Notes: generated from the letters alone by a model not told the origin. Positions 16,093 through 23,561 are shown, numbered from the stretch's first letter. The stretch: DNA of 32,000 bases from Xylanibacter ruminicola 23 (GCF_000025925.1 NC_014033.1:2130001-2162000), one strand, 5' to 3'. A program made the numbers and translations.

Positions 16093-16239
16093 TTTCTTCT
16101 GACATCAGAAGAAAAAGAACCAAAGAAGACTGCTACCCCCAAGGCCCCCTTCAAAGGGGGATGCAAAGTCAGGATTTGGGAAAACCGCAAATCCCTCCTA
16201 CCTTTTTGGCAGGCCGGGACGACGGCCTATATTGTTTAT
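16093..16239. repeat. Mosaic hairpin-module repeat, copy B2 (5' half only)
   Basis: ...GATGCAAAGTCAGGATTTGGGAAAACCGCAAATCCCTCCTACCTTTTTGGCAGGCCGGGAC..CGGCCTATATTGTTTAT is shared with B1. Confidence 0.85.
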
Positions 16240-16244
16240 TGGGG

Positions 16245-16418
16245 CTAGCCTATGGTATAGACGAAGATGACAGCGAGGGCCATGAGGAGGGCGATGATGA
16301 TCAGGGTGATCTTTAGAACCTTCTCGATGACTTTTTTGCGCTGGATGTTGGCGAGGCTGCGCTGTTTGAACAGGCTGGAGCCGTCCTTTTTATGATGGGA
16401 ATGGTGATGCTCAGACAT
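16245..16418 (-). CDS. Possible 57-aa small membrane protein
   Basis: It falls below the ORF-track cut-off. Translation: MSEHHHSHHKKDGSSLFKQRSLANIQRKKVIEKVLKITLIIIALLMALAVIFVYTIG. It has one C-terminal TM helix, and its start codon abuts a heptamer array. Confidence 0.35.
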   Translation of the reverse strand: MSEHHHSHHKKDGSSLFKQRSLANIQRKKVIEKVLKITLIIIALLMALAVIFVYTIG

Positions 16419-16454
16419 TAAAGATTAAACATTAAACATTAAACATTAAACATT
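16419..16454. repeat. Heptamer tandem array, about 5 units of (C/G)ATTAAA
   Basis: TAAAGATTAAACATTAAACATTAAACATTAAACATT lies immediately upstream of the 16418 ATG (minus strand). Confidence 0.85.
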
Positions 16455-16530
16455 CTTGCGACCCTTCTTGCGTCCCTTCGGTAGCAAGCGACCAGAGGTC
16501 GAGCGCGGTGGCAAGCGATCAAAGATCGAG
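16455..16530. repeat. Hairpin module adjoining a heptamer array (copy 1)
   Basis: CTTGCGACCCTTC(TTGCGTCCCTTC)GGTAGCAAGCGACCAGAGGTCGAGCG.... The homologous copy is at 23500-23540. Confidence 0.7.
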
Positions 16531-16534
16531 TTCT

Positions 16535-17335
16535 TTACTTCAGGATATTGTAGAGTAACGAGGTGAGGGAGATGAGGATGCTGGTGGCGGAGAACCAGAG
16601 GGTGGTGGTTTGACCTACCTTTGAGTTCTGGGCCTTGACATTGTTGGGCTCTACATACACCACGTCGTTCTGCTGCAGATAATAATAAGGTGAGTTAACG
16701 ATGTTGGCATCGTTGAGGTTCAACGTTACAATCTGCTTTTTACCTGTGGCGTCCTCACGAATAAGCTTTACCTTATCGCGCACACCATAGATAGTAAGGT
16801 CGCCAGCCTGGGCCAAAGCCTCGAGGATGGTAATCTTCTCACGTGATACCTGGAAGCTACCGGGACGAGCTACCTCGCCTAATACTGATACCGAATAACT
16901 CGACATGCGTACGGTAACAATAGGATTCTCGGTCTCGGCCATATAAGGACGAATCTTCTCGGCAATCATCTTCTCGCACTCCGACTTGGTAAGTCCACCT
17001 ACCTTCAGGCGACCAATAATGGGATAATTGATATAGCCCTCGTTATCTACCAGATATGGCATCAGGGTACCACCACCACTTGCCATGGTACGGCCCTGCG
17101 AGTACTCGTTCTGTAACAGCAGATTGAAAGGTATCGAAGCCTCGGAGGTAGTGGTATTTACCGATATGGTAAGCTGATCCTTTGGCATGATGCGAGCATC
17201 ATACAGGAAACGTGAATTATCGAAGTTAATACTGTCGCTGTTCTGCAAATAAGCAACATTTTTCACTGTTCCACAAGAACTGAGCAGCAAAGCTGCTGAC
17301 AAAATTAAAAAATTTAAGAATTGAAATTTTTTCAT
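16535..17335 (-). CDS. wza: Wza-like outer-membrane polysaccharide export lipoprotein (Poly_export + SLBB)
   Basis: Lipoprotein signal LILSAALLLSSCG, the DQLTISV export motif and C-terminal SLBB-like repeats; 266 aa. Confidence 0.85.
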   Translation of the reverse strand: MKKFQFLNFLILSAALLLSSCGTVKNVAYLQNSDSINFDNSRFLYDARIMPKDQLTISVNTTTSEASIPFNLLLQNEYSQGRTMASGGGTLMPYLVDNEGYINYPIIGRLKVGGLTKSECEKMIAEKIRPYMAETENPIVTVRMSSYSVSVLGEVARPGSFQVSREKITILEALAQAGDLTIYGVRDKVKLIREDATGKKQIVTLNLNDANIVNSPYYYLQQNDVVYVEPNNVKAQNSKVGQTTTLWFSATSILISLTSLLYNILK

Positions 17336-17341
17336 TTTGTT

Positions 17342-17378
17342 ACATTAAACATTAAAGATTAAACATGAAACATTAAAA
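17342..17378. repeat. Heptamer tandem array, about 5 units, filling the spacer between the HAD-like stop and the wza start
   Basis: ACATTAAACATTAAAGATTAAACATGAAACATTAAAA. The HAD-like gene's stop codon (17373-17375) lies inside the array. Confidence 0.85.
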
Positions 17379-17807
17379 CTGCCACCAGTGCTTCTTTTTT
17401 GGGGGAAGGGAGTGGTGGATGGAAGATTGTGAAACCAACTCATCGACTACATCGTTCCAGGTGTGGCGATGCTTAATCATACGATAGATGGTGCCCCAGT
17501 CGGGGAGGCCACCTAAGTTGCGATCGTCGATAAAAACGTCGACTTTGAGTTTGCGCGAGAAATGGGGATTATTATCGGTGGTTTCTTCGGGGTAGTCGCG
17601 ATTAACGGCATAGAACTCGAGGCCACGCTGGCGACAATATTCTACTGCCTCATCGAGCAAATGACCCTCACGAACCGACCACAGAATGATACGATGACCA
17701 TCCTGGCGCAACATTTTCAGGGTATCGATGGCGAAAGGAATCTCCTCGCCTATCTCAGGGTACTTATGGGTTACAATTGTACCGTCGAAATCAACTGCGA
17801 TTAGCAT
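17373..17807 (-). CDS. HAD-superfamily (DxDxT) phosphatase-like protein
   Basis: MLIAVDFDGTIV nucleophile motif and the later FIDDRN acidic motif; 144 aa. Confidence 0.6.
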   Translation of the reverse strand: MLIAVDFDGTIVTHKYPEIGEEIPFAIDTLKMLRQDGHRIILWSVREGHLLDEAVEYCRQRGLEFYAVNRDYPEETTDNNPHFSRKLKVDVFIDDRNLGGLPDWGTIYRMIKHRHTWNDVVDELVSQSSIHHSLPPKKKHWWQF

Positions 17808-17808
17808 A

Positions 17809-17885
17809 CATTAAACATTAAACATGAAACATTAAACATTAAAGATTAAACATTAAAGATTAAACATTAAAGATTAAACATTATT
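17809..17885. repeat. Heptamer tandem array with 10 full units plus a partial one; the largest copy
   Basis: CATTAAA x2, CATGAAA, CATTAAA x2, then (GATTAAA CATTAAA) x2, GATTAAA, CATTATT. The array spans exactly from the wzc stop (17881-83, inside the last unit) to 1 nt from the HAD-like ATG (17807). Confidence 0.9.
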
Positions 17886-20418
17886 GTTTAATTGAATCGT
17901 CGTTCTTATTAGAATAATGAGATTCGGCGTAGTTGCCGTATGAGCCGTAGTTGCCGTAACCGTAGTTACCGTACTTGCCGTAGCCATAGCGACCGTAACC
18001 GTAGCGGCCGTACTTACCGTACTTGCCATAGCCATAGTAGTAGCCGTACTTCTTCTTCGACATATCCACACCATTCAGAATCACACAGGTGTTGGTGAGT
18101 TTCTCTTCGGCTACCAAGGTATTCAGCAAACCGATATTGCTCTTCGGGGTGTAGTCGGCACGGCAAACATAACAGTTCACATTACTGTAACGGGCAACCT
18201 GCAGGGTATCGGAAACCAAACCAACTGGAGCGGTATCCATAATCACATAGTCGTACTGCTGTTTGAGCAGCTCGATGATGTCGTGCATATTCTGACGGGC
18301 CAACAGCTCGGTGGGGTTTGGAGGTGTAGGACCAGCCAGGAGCAGATCGAGGTTCTCGTTAACACCTGATGGGCAGATGGTACTGCGCAGATCGGCGAGC
18401 GTAACGGCATCCTTAACCAGCAGCTGACTGACACCAACGGTACGGTCCTTTACACCGAACAGGCGGCCCAGGGCTGGCTTACGGATATCGAGACCGCAAA
18501 GCACTACCTTTTTACCCAGCAGGGCGAACGATACCGCCAGGTTGGCAGCGAGGAAGGTTTTACCCTCACCTGATGTGCTGGAGGTGAAGAGAATCACCTG
18601 ATCGTTCTCCTTCATCATAAACTGGATATTGGTACGCATCGAGCGGAATATCTCGTCAATCTGATTGTTCTTATTGGCCTGTACCACAATGCCGGCAGCG
18701 GTCTTTACCGAGTCGCTGGCCACGGGCACATCGGCTACGATAGGCAGCTTAGTGAGGCGTGCAAGTTCGTCGTGACCCTCGATACGGAAGCTGAGCAGCT
18801 GGATGAGGTAGAGCACAACGAAAGGTACACCCATACCGGCTACCAGGGCAGCAAGCAGGATGATGGCCTTTTTAGGACTAACCTGACCCTCGGACAGAGG
18901 CTCATCGATGAGTTTTCCCTTATCGGCAGTGGCTGCCAGTGAGATAGAGTTCTCCTCGCGCTTCTGCAACAGCAACAGATACAGGCCTGATTTTACCTCC
19001 TGCTGGCGACCAATCTGGGTAAGTACACGCTCCTGTTCGGGGGTATTACCGATACGACCCTCGTACTTGGCCAACTGGCGCTGCAGACTTTGGCGCTGGA
19101 TATCAACCGAGCGGCGTGCCTGCAACAGGGCAGTACGGATAGAGGTCTGGAGATCGTCGAGTGTAGCTGTGAGTGTCTGTACCTGGGGTGCCTGTTCGCT
19201 AACGGTTTTGAGCAAGCGGTTACGCTCCTGTACAGCCTGGTTGAACGAGGCAATCAGCGAGGTAGAGGCATTATCCTGCATACCTACGTTTGAGGGGATA
19301 ATCTTATACTGATTAGCGGGATTATCGACATACTCGCGCAGGTAGTCCATCAGGTGCAGCTGGGCATTGGCCTCGGTAAGCTTGGCCTCGTACTGCGAGC
19401 TCTGATTCAGACTCTGGGTGGCATCCATATTCAGCTGGGTTACCGCATTGCGCTTCTTATAGTTCTCGAGGGCACTCTCGGTGGTACCCAGTTCGGCATC
19501 AATCTTCTGCAAACGGGCATTGATAAACTCCTCGGTCTTCATCGCAATCTCGTTCTTATCCACATTGGCCTGGCGGTTATAGCACACTGCCAACTGGCGC
19601 AGGTAGGCCAAACCACGACGGGTATTCTGATCGGTGAGTGTGAGCTCGGCAATCGAGGTGAGCTTTGAGGTGGGTGCCACAGTGATGGCCTTGGCATAGC
19701 CGGTGGCTACAACCATCGGGGGCAGGATATTTACCACATAGCGGTCGCCATTCTCCATAGGCTCTTTACCGCTCTGGGTAAAGGCCAACACACCATAGTC
19801 GGTACGGAGGGTGGCAGGCAGCTTGGCAAACTGCTGTGAGAATTTGCCTGTAGGTTTGCCCTGATAGAAGGTTCCACCCTGCACCTCGTAGCCATCATCA
19901 TGACGAGTGATGGAGAGCTGGATGGATTTGGCACCTTCGAGCAGGCCCTTATCCCACTGTGCCAGCGACACAGAATCGATATCAACACTCACGGGCTGGG
20001 TGTTGTAAACCAGCACCTTTGAGAGATGGCCGGCCTTGTAATACTGGGTATAGAGCTTGAGATCCATCACGGCATCGCGAGCCAATACACGCGACTGGAG
20101 AATCTCAACCTCGTTCTCGATACCAGCCGAATTACTCATAAATCCGAAGTCCTGCATGTTGGCCAGCATCTGGTTGGCCGAACTGCGGCGACGACTATCA
20201 TCGTCCTTAATCAGCATCTTGGCCGATACCTGGTAGTTCTTGGTGGCATAGCGCAGGTAGATGAGTGCGCCGCACACGCAGATGAACATTGACAGCAGGA
20301 ACCACTGCCAGTTGAGCACCAGCATCGCAAAAAGGTTCTGGAAAGAAAACATAGACTGTTCGTCCTGAAGATCGGTCAAATCCTGACCTTCGTCGATCAA
20401 TTTTGATTCGTCAATCAT
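17881..20418 (-). CDS. wzc: Wzc-type polysaccharide co-polymerase / BY-tyrosine autokinase
   Basis: Wzz/GumC-like N-terminal region with two TM helices; Walker A SSTSGEGKT, Walker A' VVLCGLDIRKP and Walker B YVIMDTAPV; C-terminal Tyr cluster. Confidence 0.9.
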   Translation of the reverse strand: MIDESKLIDEGQDLTDLQDEQSMFSFQNLFAMLVLNWQWFLLSMFICVCGALIYLRYATKNYQVSAKMLIKDDDSRRRSSANQMLANMQDFGFMSNSAGIENEVEILQSRVLARDAVMDLKLYTQYYKAGHLSKVLVYNTQPVSVDIDSVSLAQWDKGLLEGAKSIQLSITRHDDGYEVQGGTFYQGKPTGKFSQQFAKLPATLRTDYGVLAFTQSGKEPMENGDRYVVNILPPMVVATGYAKAITVAPTSKLTSIAELTLTDQNTRRGLAYLRQLAVCYNRQANVDKNEIAMKTEEFINARLQKIDAELGTTESALENYKKRNAVTQLNMDATQSLNQSSQYEAKLTEANAQLHLMDYLREYVDNPANQYKIIPSNVGMQDNASTSLIASFNQAVQERNRLLKTVSEQAPQVQTLTATLDDLQTSIRTALLQARRSVDIQRQSLQRQLAKYEGRIGNTPEQERVLTQIGRQQEVKSGLYLLLLQKREENSISLAATADKGKLIDEPLSEGQVSPKKAIILLAALVAGMGVPFVVLYLIQLLSFRIEGHDELARLTKLPIVADVPVASDSVKTAAGIVVQANKNNQIDEIFRSMRTNIQFMMKENDQVILFTSSTSGEGKTFLAANLAVSFALLGKKVVLCGLDIRKPALGRLFGVKDRTVGVSQLLVKDAVTLADLRSTICPSGVNENLDLLLAGPTPPNPTELLARQNMHDIIELLKQQYDYVIMDTAPVGLVSDTLQVARYSNVNCYVCRADYTPKSNIGLLNTLVAEEKLTNTCVILNGVDMSKKKYGYYYGYGKYGKYGRYGYGRYGYGKYGNYGYGNYGSYGNYAESHYSNKNDDSIKQ

Positions 20419-20452
20419 ATTTTGCTGTTCTAAATTATATTATGCTATTGTT

Positions 20453-21352
20453 TTAAAATGTGATATTCTCGTCGGGAAGCCAGTCGGTATTGAGCAGGAA
20501 CGAGAAGTTGGAGGTTCCTGGTGTGAACACCGCACCGGTGGCCTTGGTGATTTGATTACGCTTGAAATGTACCTTAGGTAACGTTTTACTGATGAGTACC
20601 GACTGGTTGGCATCGAGCGCCTCGATGGTTACCGGCATGGTTTCTTCGTTAGCACTCAGGAACACAATGCTGTACACAAAGATGGTGCCATCATCGTCAT
20701 CGGGTACTACCCTATTGGTGACCGAAAAGCCTTTATCGTCGGTGGCCAGTCCGGTGGTAGGATTGAAGCTCTTGCTGCCTGCGCCGTAGGTGGTGCGAAG
20801 GGTGGTGGCAGCTGATGGTGCCTGATCGGTTGAAAGCAACTGGAACTGTGCCATCACACGATTCATCACCGGACTGATATCCACTGGTGCCGTGCCAGTT
20901 ACCGTGATGCTCTGTGTGCAGCAGAATGTTTCGCGTGCACGTTCGCTGGTATAGGCAGCCTGCGTAGGACTGGTTATGGTGAACTCGTCGCCTTTACTTC
21001 TGCTGCGCGCCACGACTACCATGGTGTAGGTGCCTATGGGCAGACTGCACTCAAACTCGCCAAAGGTGGTGTAGGTGGTAGCATCGTCCTTTATCTGAGT
21101 GGCGGCATACACCTGCTTGTTGCCGGCGGCAAAGATGGCGATATCGATAGCCTTAACCGCCGTGTAGTTGTTTGGATCGTCGCCAGCACGCGTTTGGGCA
21201 TCAGGAAAATTCTCGTTGGAGAATGAGAAATCACTTACATGTACACGCACTGGGGTTTTCACCTCGTCTTGGTTGTTCTCTTCTGCAGCCTTCTGGCTAC
21301 AACTTTGAGCCAACAGGATTATTCCTGCCAGCATGATTGATTTAATTCTCAT
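20453..21352 (-). CDS. Lipoprotein, FimB/Mfa2-like fold suspected; paralog of the next gene
   Basis: Signal GIILLAQSC. It shares blocks with 21381..22256 (GTYTMVVVARS vs GTYQVVVVGHS; C-terminal LNTDWLPDENITF vs INAEWEGEQTIEF). Confidence 0.55.
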   Translation of the reverse strand: MRIKSIMLAGIILLAQSCSQKAAEENNQDEVKTPVRVHVSDFSFSNENFPDAQTRAGDDPNNYTAVKAIDIAIFAAGNKQVYAATQIKDDATTYTTFGEFECSLPIGTYTMVVVARSRSKGDEFTITSPTQAAYTSERARETFCCTQSITVTGTAPVDISPVMNRVMAQFQLLSTDQAPSAATTLRTTYGAGSKSFNPTTGLATDDKGFSVTNRVVPDDDDGTIFVYSIVFLSANEETMPVTIEALDANQSVLISKTLPKVHFKRNQITKATGAVFTPGTSNFSFLLNTDWLPDENITF

Positions 21353-21380
21353 TTTTTAAGTTATAGGTTTATTTATAACG

Positions 21381-22256
21381 TTATTGAAATTCTATGGTCT
21401 GCTCACCTTCCCACTCGGCATTGATACCGATGATGATGGTGATGGTTGAGCCATCGGAGCCCGAGAAATACGGACCTGTGAGTTTGGTAATCATGCGCTG
21501 CTTGAGCGGCACATCAAACTCGCGATCTTTCACGATGGTCTCGTTGTCGTTGTAGGCTGTAACCTGCAGATGCAGCGTACCCTCGGTGTCGTGAAGAAAG
21601 GTGTACAGATCAAAACTGCATGACTGTTGACCTGGTTCGACTGCGAAGGTCTCCTTCTGGGTGCTGTTAACAGAGCCTAAGCCTGTAGCAGCATCAAATG
21701 CACCCGAGCCACCTTTATACTGGAACCGCATCTGCGTGACTCCCTCGGGGATGGCATCGGTAAACACTACCCGGCAGAGCGACACGATACGGTGCAAATC
21801 GGCATCGATAGTGGTTTCCTTGTCGTCGGTTACCTGGATAATGGCATTATGCAGAAAGGTGTCGGAATAGCCATCCTTGTTGTCAAACCGAATCTTCTGA
21901 GGATTGGTCATGGTGGGATTGCCACTACTGCTGTGACCCACTACCACTACCTGATAGGTACCTGGATCTATCCGGAAGGCTACCGTGCCATAACTGGCAT
22001 CGCCTGTTTTTTGGTTGACTTGCTTAATGAGCTTGCCCGCCGTATCGTAGACAGCGAAATTGAGTCGCTGACAGTAGTCGGTAATAGATGTGCGCGTGAA
22101 TGGTGTTGCAAACGACTGTTGCTCGATCTGGAATACTGATACTACCAGATTGCCATCGGCGTCGCCACCTATAACGTCTTGTTCAGGGATGAGCGGATGC
22201 TCGCAAGATGTAATGATTAATAAGATAAGGTAAAATGGAAGAATTAATCGCCTCAT
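21381..22256 (-). CDS. Lipoprotein, FimB/Mfa2-like fold suspected; first gene of the export operon
   Basis: Signal LILLIITSC. It is paralogous to 20453..21352. Confidence 0.55.
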   Translation of the reverse strand: MRRLILPFYLILLIITSCEHPLIPEQDVIGGDADGNLVVSVFQIEQQSFATPFTRTSITDYCQRLNFAVYDTAGKLIKQVNQKTGDASYGTVAFRIDPGTYQVVVVGHSSSGNPTMTNPQKIRFDNKDGYSDTFLHNAIIQVTDDKETTIDADLHRIVSLCRVVFTDAIPEGVTQMRFQYKGGSGAFDAATGLGSVNSTQKETFAVEPGQQSCSFDLYTFLHDTEGTLHLQVTAYNDNETIVKDREFDVPLKQRMITKLTGPYFSGSDGSTITIIIGINAEWEGEQTIEFQ

Positions 22257-22395
22257 TTTTTGATATCTAGTGAATCTCCTCCTTCCGTGCTGACTAGCAT
22301 AATATGTTTAAAGTCAGTACGTTATCAAATATTTAAGTTTTCTTAATACTATGGTTTTCGGGATAGAATTGAAATCGATTTCCCTTTTCCGCGGA

Positions 22396-22403
22396 CAAAG
22401 GTA
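22396..22403 (-). promoter_or_regulatory. Candidate Bacteroidetes -7 box (TACCTTTG on the minus strand) for the lipoprotein-wzc-wza operon
   Basis: Plus-strand CAAAGGTA matches TAnnTTTG exactly, about 140 nt upstream of the 22256 start. Confidence 0.4.
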
Positions 22404-22568
22404 AGCCAAATTTGCGAGATGACCAAATAAAAATGCAAAAAAAGACAATTATTGCGTGATTTCTTCGGCTATTTCGTTTTTTTATGCTATCTTTGACTCA
22501 AGAATGAGTCGAAGGTACTCCCGTTCGAAAAAAACCAAATAAAATTTGTTTTTCTGCTCACTTATTCG

Positions 22569-22576
22569 TACCTTTG
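22569..22576 (+). promoter_or_regulatory. Candidate -7 box TACCTTTG for the UpxY-like gene
   Basis: Exact TAnnTTTG match 20 nt before the ATG at 22596. It sits in the loop of the inverted repeat CTTATTCG...CGAAATAAG. A second match, TATCTTTG, lies at 22488-22495. Confidence 0.45.
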
Positions 22577-22595
22577 CACACGAAATAAGATTAAG

Positions 22596-23561
22596 ATGGC
22601 AGAAACTGATAATAATGTAGAAAAATGGTATGTGCTGGGATGCTTGAGTGTACACCACGAAGAGAAAGTGAGGGATGCACTGAGAAAGGCAGGATTCCGC
22701 AGTCACGTACCTATGAAATATGAGGTAAAAACCGTGCGCCGCCAGGAGCAGCGTACGATGGTGCCTGCCATCACGGGATTGATTTTTGTGCGTGCTACCG
22801 AGGAGGCGCTGAAGGAGTATATCCGACATAAGTCGCGCGAAAGCATCTACATGCGCAAATCAACCTTCTCGAACAAGCAGGACTATCTGACGGTGCCTGA
22901 TTATGCCATGGAGCGATTCATCGAATTCACCAATATCCGACAGGAAAAGATTACCTACTTTAAGCCCGAGGAGCTGAACCTGAAAGAGGGCGAGAAGATT
23001 CGTATCAAAGGTGGTATCTATGATGGTTACGAGGGAACCATCCTGCGCTTTAAAGGTAAGCGCAACAAGCACCTGGTGGTACAGATACCGGGGGTGATTA
23101 TCGCCGCCGTAGAGTTGGAGCCCGAACTGGTGGAGCCCCTGAACAACCCGATAGAACGAGAGATTAGGGAGCGCCCATCGAAAGATGTGGATGGGGATAA
23201 GAAATACCTGTTGGAGCTGGCCGAGTGGCTGTTGGAGAACCAGGCGGATAAGGATGTGCCCAAGATGGAGTTCAACTTGAAACTGTATGAGTTGAAGCGC
23301 ACCCGCGCGCGCCTGCTGAAGTTTAAAGGCTTTACCCCAACCACCGAAGCAGAGCTGGCCCTGCCGATGTATCTTGCAGCGCTTATCCTCGAAGAGGATG
23401 TAGAGGCCTATCGCCAGCGCCTTGAAAAGGCCACAGAGCGCCTGAAGGACACCAGCAAGCTGAAAGCGCGCTGCCAGAAGGCGATGGAGATTAAACATTC
23501 TTGCGACCCTTCGGTAGCAAGCGAGCATAGCTCGAGCGAAAGATTAAACATTAAAGATTAA
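22596..23561 (+). CDS. UpxY-family (NusG-like) transcription antiterminator with an extra C-terminal extension of about 135 aa
   Basis: NGN domain KWYVLGCLSVHHEEKVRDALRKAGF and KOW motif GEKIRIKGGIYDGYEGTILRFKG. The length is 321 aa, versus about 170-180 aa as I recall for typical UpxY proteins. Confidence 0.75.
   Translation: MAETDNNVEKWYVLGCLSVHHEEKVRDALRKAGFRSHVPMKYEVKTVRRQEQRTMVPAITGLIFVRATEEALKEYIRHKSRESIYMRKSTFSNKQDYLTVPDYAMERFIEFTNIRQEKITYFKPEELNLKEGEKIRIKGGIYDGYEGTILRFKGKRNKHLVVQIPGVIIAAVELEPELVEPLNNPIEREIRERPSKDVDGDKKYLLELAEWLLENQADKDVPKMEFNLKLYELKRTRARLLKFKGFTPTTEAELALPMYLAALILEEDVEAYRQRLEKATERLKDTSKLKARCQKAMEIKHSCDPSVASEHSSSERLNIKD
23500..23540. repeat. Hairpin module adjoining a heptamer array (copy 2), inside the 3' end of the UpxY-like ORF
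   Basis: CTTGCGACCCTTCGGTAGCAAGCGAGCATAGCTCGAGCGAA. The stem CGAGC/GCTCG here corresponds to CGACC/GGTCG in copy 1. Confidence 0.7.

Noticed and set aside
15451-16316. ORFs 15451..15771(+), 15903..16190(-) and 16065..16316(+)
   Set aside because: They are largely translations of the dispersed repeats (REP-like palindromes and mosaic copies B1/B2). Only the last 46 codons of 15903..16190 (from MKNRNVLSQQ, ATG at 16043) are unique sequence, and I could not support that short ORF with a promoter or motif.
17809-17885. Heptamer arrays as CRISPR or as simple AT microsatellites
   Set aside because: Not CRISPR: the unit is 7 nt, there are no spacers and there are no cas genes. I also did not dismiss them as trivial microsatellites, because the same unit recurs at five loci in fixed register with start and stop codons.
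17874-18074. ORF 17874..18074(-), with its TATV/MA-rich sequence
   Set aside because: It is an alternative frame across the repetitive DNA encoding the Wzc YG tail.
18243-20292. Multiple ORFs inside wzc on both strands (18243..18437, 18908..19312, 18993..19253, 19090..19293, 19354..19668, 19731..19988, 20026..20292)
   Set aside because: They are shadow frames of a GC-rich, 845-aa gene with complete kinase motifs.
22482-22829. ORF 22482..22829(-)
   Set aside because: It runs antisense through the UpxY-like start and the divergent promoter region, and has no motifs.
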